From the NCBI GenBank assembly GCA_902780135.1, contig CACZEK010000014.1:16-64015 (forward strand): a stretch of 64,000 bases of DNA. The letters run 5' to 3'. The position numbers were made by a program, and so were the translations under genes. Numbering within the stretch: position 1 is the stretch's first letter; every line of letters starts with the position of its first letter. Of the stretch, positions 27,763 through 38,614 are shown piece by piece. The notes under the pieces were generated by a model. The model did no database searches. It saw nothing but the letters and a program-made list of their open reading frames with translations, and was not told the origin of the DNA. Origin of the DNA: an uncultured bacterium (lineage in GTDB: Bacteria > Verrucomicrobiota > Lentisphaeria > Victivallales > UBA1829).

Positions 27763-29346
27763 CTATGTCCGTTTCCAGTATTTGTTTTTCATCCAGCATA
27801 CGAAACAGCCGGAATACAACGGCAAAAACATGTTGGCGCATGCCGTATACCTGAAGTTCGCCTCCACGATGACCAGACATAAAAACGTGCCGATCAGGTA
27901 AAGGACGGGCAGTATGCGGATGATGTCGACGGAATCGACCTTCGGATCAAGAAGCGCACGCCGGGAGAGCAGCAGGAGAGCCAAACCTGCCGTAAAGCCG
28001 ACAAGGACCTTCAGCGCCTGATGCATCGCCGGGACCAGCTTCGTGCGGTAAGCCGGATTGTAATACATTTGCCAGGAGGAGGATTCCTTTTCGTAAACCA
28101 GGCGGATCTTCTCCTTGAACGTCATGCTTGACCAGCGCCGGTTTATTTCAGCCTTGATGTACGGCACAAGAACGGGCGGGCAATGGTTGTGCCGGAAAAC
28201 GAGAGTCTCTCCTGTTTCCTGCTGATACGCCTCGTATATCGCGAGCTTGTCCTCCATGATCGATCTGCCCTTCGTTGCATAATTCGCTCCGAAATACCGG
28301 GGCCAGTAGCCGTCGTCCGAACAAAGGCATGTGCGGGTCCCGTGATACTTCAGATTGACCGAATAGCTCCCGCACAATCCGATGAAGACCACAAGAGCCG
28401 CTGCGCAGAGACTTAAGATGACGTTTCTGACGGAAGTAATGCCGAGAAGGGTGTTCGCGACGAATACAAACAGCATGATGACGGCGATGAAAACCCCCGC
28501 ATCGGTTTTTGTCCAGAGCGTTATGAGGATTATCGCCCCCATGGCCGCGGCATAAAACACGCTGCTGTTTTTTGCCCAATGATATAAAAGCAGAAACTGC
28601 ACAAGGATGAGCGGGTAGAAGAAGTGTTCGGCATACAGCTTGAACGTAAACGCGATAAAATGTGGCGACCAGAAAAAAGCCGCGACGGCAAACAGCGCCG
28701 CCAACGGATGAAAGAGCCTGCTCCCCAGATAATAAAGCATTATGACGCACAGGATCTGCAAAAGCACGTGAAGCAGGCAGAGAAGAAGGATGGATTCTCC
28801 GAACAGTTTGATCGCAAGCGCATAGCAGCCTGTTGTGACCCAGCTTTTTATTTCGGGAAAGGACCCGGACGCCATTTCCCTGGCTTCGTTCAGGAAGATC
28901 AGGCTGTCATGCGTTTGATTCTCAAGCAGCATTGTCCCCAGATGGACATAGTAAAACAGCCCGCGCAGAATCAATCCGATGCCTGCGATGACGCATGCCG
29001 AAAGGACGGGATACCGCGCTATGGCGTCCAGCCATCCGTATAAAAACAACACTCTGTTCCGCAAACAATAAAAGCCGATGCCGAAAACGGCCGCAAGGAT
29101 CAGCATCTTTGCCGTCGAGATGCTGAAAAATGCCAGCAGCGCGCCGGAAAAAAACAGCGCCGCAAGTCCGGCGCGGACGCAACCGGAAAAAAAGAATGCG
29201 CGGCTGTTATCCCCGTCCGGCCGGAAGGACTGAATCGCGGCGTGAACGAAACTCCGGGGGCCGCAGTTGGAAGGGGCGGATGTCGTGGAGGTTTTCATGG
29301 AATCGTGTGATGCCGATGTGCTGTTCGTTTTCCCGAAGTGTAGCAT
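27763..29346 (-). CDS. Polytopic membrane glycosyltransferase (GT-C fold, ArnT/PMT-like)
   Basis: More than 10 hydrophobic segments, an acidic loop after the early TMs (THDSLIF), YAEHFF and C-terminal NFRY. Lies upstream of glf. Alternative start at 29298. Confidence 0.65.
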   Translation of the reverse strand: MLHFGKTNSTSASHDSMKTSTTSAPSNCGPRSFVHAAIQSFRPDGDNSRAFFFSGCVRAGLAALFFSGALLAFFSISTAKMLILAAVFGIGFYCLRNRVLFLYGWLDAIARYPVLSACVIAGIGLILRGLFYYVHLGTMLLENQTHDSLIFLNEAREMASGSFPEIKSWVTTGCYALAIKLFGESILLLCLLHVLLQILCVIMLYYLGSRLFHPLAALFAVAAFFWSPHFIAFTFKLYAEHFFYPLILVQFLLLYHWAKNSSVFYAAAMGAIILITLWTKTDAGVFIAVIMLFVFVANTLLGITSVRNVILSLCAAALVVFIGLCGSYSVNLKYHGTRTCLCSDDGYWPRYFGANYATKGRSIMEDKLAIYEAYQQETGETLVFRHNHCPPVLVPYIKAEINRRWSSMTFKEKIRLVYEKESSSWQMYYNPAYRTKLVPAMHQALKVLVGFTAGLALLLLSRRALLDPKVDSVDIIRILPVLYLIGTFLCLVIVEANFRYTACANMFLPLYSGCFVCWMKNKYWKRT

Positions 29347-29534
29347 ATTCGTGAGTAATATAACAGCAATTCATGAAAAATCAAGCAGAAAAGCAAAAAA
29401 GCGGTTGCCTTCCGCGCCGCGGAAGGATCGCCGGAAACATCCGCGGCCGTTGAATCGGGATGCCGCGGACGCGGACGGAAACGCCTCCGGACGGGAGCTT
29501 GGCGGATCCGGCGGCGACAAAGAAAAGCCGCCGC

Positions 29535-30704
29535 TTATCCTGCTTTCTTCAGCAGATAGATGCCGTACGCGCCGAAGACGACGGTCGGGGTCAGGCCGGC
29601 AAGGAACGGCGGAAGATAGCCGTTTTTGCCCGCGACCATGAAGACCTCGTTGAGCACCTGGTAAAGCACGGCGATGCCGACTGCGGTCGCGATGGCGGTG
29701 AAGATGCCGGACCGCTCGTTCTTCGTGGCGAGCGGGAATGCGAAGAAGGCGCAGAGGAAGCACGCCCACGGGAACGCCAGCCGGTTGAAGAGCAGCGTGG
29801 CGTAGATGCGGCGGAGGTTGGCCGCCATGTTCGGGTTCTCCCGCAGGATCGAAACGATCTCGAGGGAGGAAAGCGCGTCCGGCTCGATGACGGACTTGAC
29901 GATGACGGACGGCTTGTCCGGGATCTGTTCCTCGGTGAAGACCAGCGGATCGGAGTCCGGCGTGATGGCGTCGCCGGGAAGCCCGTCCTCGGAATACTCG
30001 TGGATCTCCGGCTTGTAGAATTCCCAGCCGACGCCGGGGACGAAGCGCGTTTTTTCCGCCTCGATCGTGCGGAGCAGCGTGCGGCGTCTGGGGTTGTCCG
30101 GGTTTTTCTCGAAGATCTTGAGCTTGACTTTTTCCTGGTAGCCGTCGTCGTCGAACTGCCCGAAGTACCAGCTGCGGAGTCGGTCGCCGCTGTGGAACTG
30201 GAGCTGGGCGTTGCTCTGCTCCACGTATTTTTCGTTGTCGACCGTTTTCTTGACGATCTCCGCCTGGCGCGTGGTCTCCGGGACGAGCTGTTCGTTGAAA
30301 TAGAAATTGACCAGCATCACGCAGAAGCCGACCGCGAAGATCGGCATGCCGCACCGGGCGAGCGAAACGCCCGACGCGCGGATGGCGGTCAGTTCGCGGC
30401 TGCGTCCGAGATTGGCGAGCGCGTACATGCACGCCAGCAGGACCGTGATGGGCAGGATGAACCGGATGTTGCCGGGGATCTTCAGGAGGAAGTATTCGAC
30501 GGAGACGGAGACGGACGCCTTCTTGTCGAGGAAATCGCCGACGTCGTTGTACATGTCCATGATGATGAACAGGAGCGTGAAGGCGAAGAGCAGGATGAAG
30601 AACGGCACCAGAAACGCGCGCATGATATACCCGTCGAGCGTGGGCATCCAGTAGAACTTGCGGGCGACGCCGGAAGGAGGAATCTTTGAGGTGGGTTCGG
30701 ACAT
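29535..30704 (-). CDS. LptF/LptG family LPS export permease
   Basis: LDGYI, ELTAIRASGVS and a 3 TM + periplasmic + 3 TM layout ending P.LA...P. Confidence 0.9.
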   Translation of the reverse strand: MSEPTSKIPPSGVARKFYWMPTLDGYIMRAFLVPFFILLFAFTLLFIIMDMYNDVGDFLDKKASVSVSVEYFLLKIPGNIRFILPITVLLACMYALANLGRSRELTAIRASGVSLARCGMPIFAVGFCVMLVNFYFNEQLVPETTRQAEIVKKTVDNEKYVEQSNAQLQFHSGDRLRSWYFGQFDDDGYQEKVKLKIFEKNPDNPRRRTLLRTIEAEKTRFVPGVGWEFYKPEIHEYSEDGLPGDAITPDSDPLVFTEEQIPDKPSVIVKSVIEPDALSSLEIVSILRENPNMAANLRRIYATLLFNRLAFPWACFLCAFFAFPLATKNERSGIFTAIATAVGIAVLYQVLNEVFMVAGKNGYLPPFLAGLTPTVVFGAYGIYLLKKAG

Positions 30705-30797
30705 GAAAAAACGATGAGGATTGAAGGTGCTCCGCTCCGGCATCGTCCGGGCGGGAGGATCCCGGAGCGGGGGTTATGGTCGGAAAAGATCCGCCGG

Positions 30798-30965
30798 TCA
30801 GCCTCTGCGGCGCTGCGTGCGGCGTTTCTTCTCGCTCGGCTTTTCGTAGTGTCTCCGGTTGCGGAGTTCCTTGAGCGTGCCTTCCTTGTCGAGTTTCTTT
30901 TTCAGACGGCGGAGTGCGCGTTCGATCGAGTCGCCTTTCTTGAGCTTGACTTCCGTTGCTTCCAT
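30798..30965 (-). CDS. rpsU: 30S ribosomal protein S21
   Basis: Read manually (below the ORF-track cutoff): [49 protein letters not shown]. Strong RBS AGGGGGTGA. Confidence 0.95.
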   Translation of the reverse strand: MEATEVKLKKGDSIERALRRLKKKLDKEGTLKELRNRRHYEKPSEKKRRTQRRRG

Positions 30966-31050
30966 ATTAGTTCACCCCCTTTCCTGAACAATTTGTCACA
31001 TCGTATTTCATCGGTAAAGACCTCATGAATGAATTCGGGTTGACGGTTGG

Positions 31051-32769
31051 TTATTCTTCGGAGAACCCGGCCTCGTCGGCGAGCATGGCGCGGAGTTTGG
31101 CGAGCGCCTGGTTCTGGATCTGGCGGACGCGTTCGCGGGTGCGGCGGATCTCCTGGCTGACTTCCTCCAGCGTTTTCGGACGCTTGCCGTCCAGGCCGAA
31201 ACGCAGCTGCAGGATCAGGCGTTCGCGGTCGTCGAGCTCGGAGAGCAGGGAGAGGAGACGGTGGACGGATTCCTCGTCGCCGAGGATGCGGTCGGGCGTC
31301 ATGGCACCGCGGTCGGGGATGATGTCCTGGAATTCGCCTTCCTCGCCCTGCTGGATGGGGTCGTGCAGGGAGAACGTGCGGAGGTCGGCGAGGCGGAGCC
31401 CGGTCACGGTGCGCTCGCTGAACCCGAGGTGCTCGGCGATCTCGTCGTCGGTCGGCTCGCGTCCGAGCTGCTCCGCGAGTTTCATCTTGACGGATTTGAT
31501 CTTGTTGATCTTGCCCGCGGACTGCACGGGGATGCGGATCACGCGCGCCTGGTTGGCGAGGGCGCGCCGCATGGACTGCTTGATCCACCAGGCGGCGTAG
31601 GAACTGAATTTCGCGCCCTTCGACGGGTCGAACTTCTCCACCGCGCGCATAAGCCCGATGTTGCCCTCGGAAATGAGGTCGAGCAACGGCAGCCCCAGCC
31701 CCTTGAAATCGTGGGCGATCTTCACGACCAGGCGCAGGTTCGCTTCAATGAGCGTGGCGCGCGCTTCGTCGTGGGAATCGTTGTCCCGGCCGTGAATCCG
31801 CGCCGCCAGAGAGACTTCCTGATCCTTGGAGACCAGCGAAATCTGACCGATGTCGTGCATGTACACCTTCATCGTGTCGTTCTTCGTGACGGGGCCGTGC
31901 TTCGCCGCGACCTTCGAATTCTTCTTGTCCATCCCGGGATCTTTCGATCCCTCGTTCATGAACTTGGAAAGATCGATCTCGGAGGCATCTTCGACGTCCT
32001 CCAGCGTGGCGGGCATGACGTCTTCGGGCGCGACGGGCGTTTCGGCAGGCTTCCTCGCGGTTTTTTTCGCCGGTGCGGCGGGCGCGGCCTGGACTTTGAC
32101 CTTGAGCGGAGTCTTTTTCGTCTTCGAAGCGAATACGGATTTCTTCGCGGCGGCTTTTTTCGCCGGTGCGGCGGGCTTGGCCGCGGATTTCGCCTGAGGC
32201 TTGGCTTCCGCCTTTGCCGGAGCCGCTTTCACCGTTCCGGTCCGGGAGACGGACGTTTTGGACGGTGCGGTCTTGATCTCGACCTTGACGGCGGGAGCTT
32301 TGACCGCGGCTTTGACGGCGTTCTTCTTCGCCGGCGCTTTTTTCGCCTCGGCTTTGACCTCGGCTTTCGCCGGAGCGGACTTTTTCGCCGGTTCGAGCTT
32401 GACTGCGGGCTTGAACTCGGCTTTGGATGCGGATTTCTTCGTCCGCGGCTCCTCGTCGAAGAGGACTTCCGGCTTAAACGCTTTTTTCTTCGGTGCGGCG
32501 GCCTTGGCGGGCGCAACCGCCTTTTTCACAGGAACGGCTTTGACCGCGGTTTTCGCCGGGGCCTTCTTCGCCGGAGCTTTCTTTGCTGTCGTGGCGGGAG
32601 CCTGTTCCTTCGATGCGGACGCCGCGCGGACCGGAGCGTCTTTCCCTGCGGACTGCGCGGGCTTCACCTTGCCGGACGCGCCTTTCCCCTGTTTGGAGGA
32701 AACGGCGGCTTTCGCATTCTTTCCGGCGGAGGGAACCGCGATCCGTTTTGTTTTCGCATCATTTTTCAT
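31051..32769 (-). CDS. RpoD/RpoS-family sigma70 factor with a long Lys/Ala/Pro-rich N-terminal extension
   Basis: Region 1.2 YMHDIG, region 2 [33 protein letters not shown], and region 4 TLEEV...TRERVRQI. Confidence 0.93.
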   Translation of the reverse strand: MKNDAKTKRIAVPSAGKNAKAAVSSKQGKGASGKVKPAQSAGKDAPVRAASASKEQAPATTAKKAPAKKAPAKTAVKAVPVKKAVAPAKAAAPKKKAFKPEVLFDEEPRTKKSASKAEFKPAVKLEPAKKSAPAKAEVKAEAKKAPAKKNAVKAAVKAPAVKVEIKTAPSKTSVSRTGTVKAAPAKAEAKPQAKSAAKPAAPAKKAAAKKSVFASKTKKTPLKVKVQAAPAAPAKKTARKPAETPVAPEDVMPATLEDVEDASEIDLSKFMNEGSKDPGMDKKNSKVAAKHGPVTKNDTMKVYMHDIGQISLVSKDQEVSLAARIHGRDNDSHDEARATLIEANLRLVVKIAHDFKGLGLPLLDLISEGNIGLMRAVEKFDPSKGAKFSSYAAWWIKQSMRRALANQARVIRIPVQSAGKINKIKSVKMKLAEQLGREPTDDEIAEHLGFSERTVTGLRLADLRTFSLHDPIQQGEEGEFQDIIPDRGAMTPDRILGDEESVHRLLSLLSELDDRERLILQLRFGLDGKRPKTLEEVSQEIRRTRERVRQIQNQALAKLRAMLADEAGFSEE

Positions 32770-32948
32770 CGAAAAAAGGTCCCGAAGATTTGTTTTCCTG
32801 CGTTAAGCTGTTATATTGATAGACGGAAAGGTTTTGCCGTGCCCGTCTCCATAACCGCCGTGAGAGCTCAGATCGTCAGAAGTGAACCCGGGTTAAAAAA
32901 ACAATTGCGTATAAGATACTCCATAAATAGAAAAAAGGCAAGAGCGGA

Positions 32949-35900
32949 ATGAAAAAAAGAGCATGGAAAAGCACGTTTTTTAAATTAATCTCTAAAACGA
33001 ATAAGATGCCGGGACGCATCGGCCCCCTCGAACCGGACATGATGCCGGTCGCCCTGCTTTGCCTTGCCGGAGCGAAATCCGGGAAACGCCCTTTGTTCTA
33101 CGTCACGGCGTCGCAGTCCCGCGCGGAACAGTGCCGCGACGACCTGTCCGCATGGTCGGAAGTCGCCGGAAAGATGTTCTCAGTCCACGCGCTGCCGGAC
33201 GGTTCCACGCGGCGGCAGAGTCTGCTTCAGGCGGATTCGCCGCGCGCCGAGGCGCTGCACCGCCTTCTGCTTGAGCCGCCGGACATCTTCTTCGGGTCGG
33301 TCACGAGCCTGACCTCGCCCGCGCCCGTGCCGCGCCTGATGCGCGAGAGCGAACTGGAGCTGAAGGTCGGCGATGAAATGGACCTGGCGGCGCTCGCGGA
33401 ACGTCTGGTGGAGATGGGCTACGACGACGAAGTCGAGGTCGGCATCCCCGGCGAATTCGCGCGGCGCGGCGGCCTGATCGACATCTTCTCCTCCTCGGAG
33501 ACCGCGCCCGCCCGCGTGGAGTTCTTCGGCGACACCATCGACAGCATCCGGCTGTTCCGCCCGGACACGCAGATGTCGACCGGCAAAGTGGATTCCTACC
33601 GCGTGATCCTGCGGTCGGGATCGGGCGGCGACGGGACGGTGGTGAACGGGACGCAGTACGCCTCCGCTCCGGCGTTCGAATATCTCCTGGAAAATGATTC
33701 CGTTCTGGTCGAGGAGGCCCCGGGCGAGATACGCACGCATCTGTCGCGCTACGGCACGCCGGAGGAGGCGGCGCAATGGGCGGCGTTCGAGGAGAAAATG
33801 AAGACGGAAGGCCGTCTGGTCGCGTTCGAGGACGCGGCGGGCGCGGCCGTGCCGGACGGCGGTCCGTGCGAGGCGTTCCCGTGCTATTCCACCGGACGCG
33901 ACGCGATGGCGGCTGCCGCCGGGCATGAATTCGCCTCGGGCGCCGATGCGGACGGCAGGGCGCTGGACCAGGCATTTTCCGTGCTGGCGCAGCAGCTGAC
34001 CGCGACCCGGATCCGCCAGTGGCTTGAGGAGAAAACGCACGTGACGCTGCTCGTCGGGCCGGATTCCGACCCGCATCAGGTGCGGCGCTGGATCCTCGAC
34101 CACGGCCTGTGCGAAAACGAGCTGCTGACCGTGGAGGAGGGGGCCGTCCCGTGCGGTTTCTTCCTGCCGAAGGAGAAGCTGGCGGTCCTGACGATCCGGG
34201 AGCTTTTCGCGCTGCCGTACCGCCGCCGGAGCATGACGCGCGAGCTTCAGATCGAGGACGACACGCCCCGGACCGAACCCGTTTCCCGCGAGGACGAGGC
34301 GGGCGTGATCTCCGCCGGGGACCTGGAGGAAGGCGACTACGCCGTGCATCTGAACTACGGCATCTGCCGTTACCGCGGGCTGGACGTGATCGAGGCCGCC
34401 GGGGCGCGCGCGGAGATGATCCTGCTGGAATTCGGCGACGACCAGCTCCTGCGGATCCCGGTCCGGCAGGCGCATCTGGTCACGCGATACGTCGGGTCGA
34501 AAAACACCCGCATCACGCTCAGCCGCATCAATTCGAGCCGCTGGAGCAAGGCGTGCGACGAGGCGCGCCACTCCGTGCGGAACCTGGCGTTCGAGATGCT
34601 CAAGATCCAGGCGATGCGCATGAAGCAGTCCGGCACGGCGTTCCCGGAGGACGACCCGGAGCAGCTGCTTTTCGAACAGGCGTTCCCGTTCAAGGAGACC
34701 CCGGACCAGCTGCGCGCCGCCGCCGAGATCAAGGCGGACATGGAGTCGCCGCGCCCGATGGACCGCCTGCTGTGCGGCGACGTGGGCTACGGCAAGACCG
34801 AGCTTGCGATGCGGGCGGCGTGCAAATGCGCGCTCGCGGGACGCCAGACCGCCATGCTGGTGCCGACGACCGTGCTCGCCCAGCAGCATTATTTCACGTT
34901 CCGGGAGCGGTTCGCCGGGACGGGCATCGTGATCGAACAGCTGTCCCGCTTCAAGACGAAGCCGGAGCAGCAGAAGATCCTGGAACGCCTCGGCCGCGGC
35001 CAGATCGACATCGTGATCGGCACGCACCGGCTGGTCCAGAACGACGTCGAGTTCAAGGACCTCGGCCTCGTTATCATCGACGAGGAACAGCGGTTCGGCG
35101 TGCTCCACAAGGACCGCCTGAAGCACCTCCGCGCGACCGTGGACGTGCTGACCATGACCGCCACCCCCATCCCGCGCACGCTCCACATGTCGCTCTCCGG
35201 CATCCGCGACCTCAGCACGCTGATGAACGCCCCCGTGAACCGCCTGCCGATCCGGACCGTCTTCGCGCAGTACGAGCCGAACCTGGTGCGCGTGGCGATC
35301 GAACGCGAACTGAACCGCGGCGGACAGGTGTACTATCTGCACAACCGCGTGAAGAGCATCGAAAAGGCCGCGCTCGAGATCGGCGCGATGTTCCCCGACG
35401 TCCCGCTCGGCGTCGCCCACGGGCAGATGGACAAGAGCGAGCTCGAGGACGTGATGTCCTCGTTCATCGAGGGGAAGACGAAGATCCTGGTCTGCACCTC
35501 GATCATCGAGTCCGGCATCGACATCCCGAACGCGAACACCATCATCATCGAACGCGCCGACCGGTTCGGGCTCGCCGAACTCTACCAGCTCCGCGGCCGC
35601 GTGGGACGCTGGGTGCGGCAGGCGTACGCGTACCTTTTCCTGCCGAAGGACGGCATCCTGACCGGGGACGCCCGCAAGCGCATCGCCGCGATCCGCCGCT
35701 ACACGCACCTCGGCGCGGGATTCCAGCTCGCCATGAGCGACCTGGAGATACGCGGCGCGGGCAACATCCTGGGCGAGGAGCAGAGCGGGCAGATCAACGC
35801 CGTCGGTTTCCACCTGTACTGCACGCTCCTGCGCGACTGCGTGGCGTTGTTCAAGGGCGAAAAGCTCCCGACCGCGCCGGACTGCGAACTCTACCTCGAT

Positions 35901-36308
35901 TTCCTGAGCTTCGCGGTCGAGCCGCCGCAGGGCATGATCGCCGCCGGCATCCCGCTCGACTACATCGAATCGCCGCGCATGCGCCTGCACTGCTACCGCA
36001 GGCTCGCGATGTTCACCTCGGAACACGACCTCGACGCGTTTGCGTCCGAGCTGCGCGACCGGTTCGGCCCGGTCCCGGAGCAGGTCGACCATTTCCTGAT
36101 GTCCTGCCGGATCCGCCTCGCCGCCGCGGCCGCGGGCATCACGAACGTGACCTGCCGCGACAACCTGGTGTATCTGGAGAAGAACAAGCGCATGCTCCGG
36201 CGCGACGGCATGATCCCGGCGATCCTGCCGCGCTCGACCCCCGCGCAGAAACTGAAACTCGTCCTGCGGACCGTGCGGGAATTCGTCCCGCGCGCGGAAC
36301 AGGTTTGA
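32949..36308 (+). CDS. mfd: Transcription-repair coupling factor
   Basis: GEFARRGGLID, ETPDQ, GDVGYGKT, DEEQRFGV, TATPIPRT, QLRGRVGR, DLEIRGAGN and a TRCF domain. Alternative start at 33006. Confidence 0.96.
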   Translation: MKKRAWKSTFFKLISKTNKMPGRIGPLEPDMMPVALLCLAGAKSGKRPLFYVTASQSRAEQCRDDLSAWSEVAGKMFSVHALPDGSTRRQSLLQADSPRAEALHRLLLEPPDIFFGSVTSLTSPAPVPRLMRESELELKVGDEMDLAALAERLVEMGYDDEVEVGIPGEFARRGGLIDIFSSSETAPARVEFFGDTIDSIRLFRPDTQMSTGKVDSYRVILRSGSGGDGTVVNGTQYASAPAFEYLLENDSVLVEEAPGEIRTHLSRYGTPEEAAQWAAFEEKMKTEGRLVAFEDAAGAAVPDGGPCEAFPCYSTGRDAMAAAAGHEFASGADADGRALDQAFSVLAQQLTATRIRQWLEEKTHVTLLVGPDSDPHQVRRWILDHGLCENELLTVEEGAVPCGFFLPKEKLAVLTIRELFALPYRRRSMTRELQIEDDTPRTEPVSREDEAGVISAGDLEEGDYAVHLNYGICRYRGLDVIEAAGARAEMILLEFGDDQLLRIPVRQAHLVTRYVGSKNTRITLSRINSSRWSKACDEARHSVRNLAFEMLKIQAMRMKQSGTAFPEDDPEQLLFEQAFPFKETPDQLRAAAEIKADMESPRPMDRLLCGDVGYGKTELAMRAACKCALAGRQTAMLVPTTVLAQQHYFTFRERFAGTGIVIEQLSRFKTKPEQQKILERLGRGQIDIVIGTHRLVQNDVEFKDLGLVIIDEEQRFGVLHKDRLKHLRATVDVLTMTATPIPRTLHMSLSGIRDLSTLMNAPVNRLPIRTVFAQYEPNLVRVAIERELNRGGQVYYLHNRVKSIEKAALEIGAMFPDVPLGVAHGQMDKSELEDVMSSFIEGKTKILVCTSIIESGIDIPNANTIIIERADRFGLAELYQLRGRVGRWVRQAYAYLFLPKDGILTGDARKRIAAIRRYTHLGAGFQLAMSDLEIRGAGNILGEEQSGQINAVGFHLYCTLLRDCVALFKGEKLPTAPDCELYLDFLSFAVEPPQGMIAAGIPLDYIESPRMRLHCYRRLAMFTSEHDLDAFASELRDRFGPVPEQVDHFLMSCRIRLAAAAAGITNVTCRDNLVYLEKNKRMLRRDGMIPAILPRSTPAQKLKLVLRTVREFVPRAEQV

Positions 36309-36338
36309 TTTTTTGAACGTACAGAAGGAGGCCGCACC

Positions 36339-36845
36339 ATGAAGATGACAGCAGTCCTGAACGACATCACGAGGCTCGACGTCGACGCGATCGTCAACGC
36401 CGCGAACTGTTCCCTGCTGGGCGGCGGCGGAGTCGACGGCGCCATTCACCGCGCCGCCGGACGCCGTCTCTACGAAGCCTGCCTGAAGTTCGGCGGCTGC
36501 CGCACCGGAGAGGCGCGCATCACGCCCGGATTCGATCTGCCCGCCCGCTTCGTGATCCATACGCCCGGACCCGTCTGGCGCGGCGGCGGACACGGCGAAC
36601 CCGACCTGCTGCGTTCGTGCTACCTGAACTCGCTCGCGCTGGCGGAGGAAAACGGCTGCCGCGTGGTGGCGTTTCCGGGCATCAGCATCGGCGTGTACCG
36701 TTACCCGCTTGAGGCGGCGGTGAGGATCGCCGTGGACGCGGTCGGCACGTGGGGCGGGAACCTGCCGGAAGAGGTCGTGTTCTGCGCGTTTTCCGAAAAC
36801 GTGCTGGAGGCGTACCGGCGCGCGCTGGACGCGTTCCGTTCCTGA
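36339..36845 (+). CDS. Macro-domain O-acetyl-ADP-ribose deacetylase (YmdB-like)
   Basis: [28 protein letters not shown] and [10 protein letters not shown] motifs. Confidence 0.93.
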   Translation: MKMTAVLNDITRLDVDAIVNAANCSLLGGGGVDGAIHRAAGRRLYEACLKFGGCRTGEARITPGFDLPARFVIHTPGPVWRGGGHGEPDLLRSCYLNSLALAEENGCRVVAFPGISIGVYRYPLEAAVRIAVDAVGTWGGNLPEEVVFCAFSENVLEAYRRALDAFRS

Positions 36846-36881
36846 CTGTTTGAACAGAAAAAGGGGGGCACCGGGCAAATT

Positions 36882-36970
36882 GTACCGTCGCGCAGCACGG
36901 CACTGCCGCAGTGTGTCCTTCGTGCGCAAGCGAAGCTGAGCGCACAGCCTCAGTGGAGGACATGTCCTCC
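36882..36970. repeat. REP-like hairpin cluster 3
   Basis: GTACCGT-C-GCGCAGC-ACGGCAC. Positions 36920-36946 are identical to 39591-39617. Confidence 0.8.
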
Positions 36971-37735
36971 TCAGAACATGCGGCGGACGTATTCGAAGAG
37001 GATGACGGTGGCGGCCTGCGCCACGTTCAGGGATTCCGCGTCGCCGGGCATCGGGATGTTCAGCCCGCGCGAGTTTTCGAGTTCGGCGACGCCCGTCGCC
37101 TCGCAGCCGAGGATGATCGCGCTGCGGTCGAAGAGGTCCGGCTCCAGAAAGACGTTGCCGCCGCTCGCCGGAAGCGTCCGGTAGCAGGTCTTCACGCCGA
37201 GCTTGCGGAGGTCCGCGGCGAGTTCCGTCAGGTCGCCGCCGTACCGGATCTTCAGGGCGAACTGCGCGCCGGACGCGGACCGCACGACTTTGTCGGAGAA
37301 CGGGTCGGCGGTGCCGCGCGTGAGCCAGACTTCGTGCAGCCCGACGGCGCGCGCCGTGCGCAGGATCGTGCCGAAATTGCCGGGGTCGCCCACGCGGTCG
37401 AGCACGAGCGCGAAGGGGTCCGCCATGGGACGGTCAAGCGGGACGGGTTCCGGGCGGCGCGACAGCACGAGGATGCCCTGCGAATGCACCGTGGGCGCGA
37501 TGCGGTCGAATTCGGATTGAGGTAAAATGACGGGTTCGACGGGCGAGGGGAAGGGCAGGGGGGTGTCTTCGCGGAGGATGACGAGTTCGACGAGGCCCGG
37601 CGCGAGCGTGACGACTTCGCGGGAGGCGCGGAGACCGTCGCAGAAACAGTATTCGGAATCGCGGCGGCCGTGGCGCGTGCGGAGCGCGCGGAGCAGCGAT
37701 TCGGTGCGTCTGGTGAGGCCGCCGGATTCAGGCAT
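36971..37735 (-). CDS. TrmH/SpoU family RNA methyltransferase
   Basis: DPGNFGTILRTA, LGCEATG and IPMPG.AESLNVA motifs. Confidence 0.92.
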   Translation of the reverse strand: MPESGGLTRRTESLLRALRTRHGRRDSEYCFCDGLRASREVVTLAPGLVELVILREDTPLPFPSPVEPVILPQSEFDRIAPTVHSQGILVLSRRPEPVPLDRPMADPFALVLDRVGDPGNFGTILRTARAVGLHEVWLTRGTADPFSDKVVRSASGAQFALKIRYGGDLTELAADLRKLGVKTCYRTLPASGGNVFLEPDLFDRSAIILGCEATGVAELENSRGLNIPMPGDAESLNVAQAATVILFEYVRRMF

Positions 37736-37754
37736 CCGAAGGGAGACCCGGAGG

Positions 37755-38570
37755 TCAGGCGGCGGGCTGTTCGGCGGGCTTCGCTTCGGCGGCGGGAGCC
37801 GTTTCGGCGGGCTTTTCAGCCGGGGCCGTGACGGACGCCGCGGCCTGCGGATGAAGCTTCTCGTCGAGCTGTTTGGCGAGTCCCGCCCAGTAGCCGTAGA
37901 CGGTGGAGGAACCCTGCGCTGCGGCGGCCGCGAGGTTGATGTTCTTCAGCGCGGCGTCGGCCTTCATCATCTGGTCGAGGCCGGAGAAGATGCGCGCGGC
38001 GGCGTAGGAGGCTTCCACGCGGAGGTCTTCGGGCGTCTGGGAGAGGCCGGCGATGCGTTCGAACTCGGTCGCGGCGTCTTCCTTCTTGCCGAGCTGTTCG
38101 AGGATGTAGGCGGCGTCGAGCGCGGAACGGATCTTGATGAACGTTTCCGCCTTGGACGAGGAGGCGACGGCGAGGAGCTGTTCGCGGGCTTTCTCCAGGT
38201 CGCCGGGCTGATCGCTGAGGATGAGGTCGCCCGCGAGGCGGAGGCGCGCGAAATCCGCGGCCTTGTTGCCCGAATGCTTCGCGATGGCGGCTTCGAGTTC
38301 GGCGATGCTGCCGGCGTTGGCGAGTTCGCGGCGTGCGGAGAGTTCCGCGCGCTGGATCGCGCCCTGGATGATGATGATGACGGAAACGAGCACGGCGAAC
38401 GCGCAGACGCCGATGATGGCTTTCTTCCAGTTCACAGCCATCCACATTTCGAATTCGTCCAGCATCGTGGAAATGGCGGGCTCCTCCTGCGAGGGCGCGG
38501 GGCGCTTGTGCTGCTGGGCGGCGGCGAGCTGTTCGAAGGACTCGATTTTCTTCTTGTTTTTGTTTGCCAT
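37755..38570 (-). CDS. Single-TM helical-repeat protein (YfgM/TPR-like)
   Basis: NWK followed by a TM helix and Ala-rich amphipathic helices. Upstream promoter TTGATT-17-TATATT. Confidence 0.65.
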   Translation of the reverse strand: MANKNKKKIESFEQLAAAQQHKRPAPSQEEPAISTMLDEFEMWMAVNWKKAIIGVCAFAVLVSVIIIIQGAIQRAELSARRELANAGSIAELEAAIAKHSGNKAADFARLRLAGDLILSDQPGDLEKAREQLLAVASSSKAETFIKIRSALDAAYILEQLGKKEDAATEFERIAGLSQTPEDLRVEASYAAARIFSGLDQMMKADAALKNINLAAAAAQGSSTVYGYWAGLAKQLDEKLHPQAAASVTAPAEKPAETAPAAEAKPAEQPAA

Positions 38571-38614
38571 GGTGCGATATGTCCTGAAAAAGAGTTGGCG
38601 TTTTTAGTTGATTC

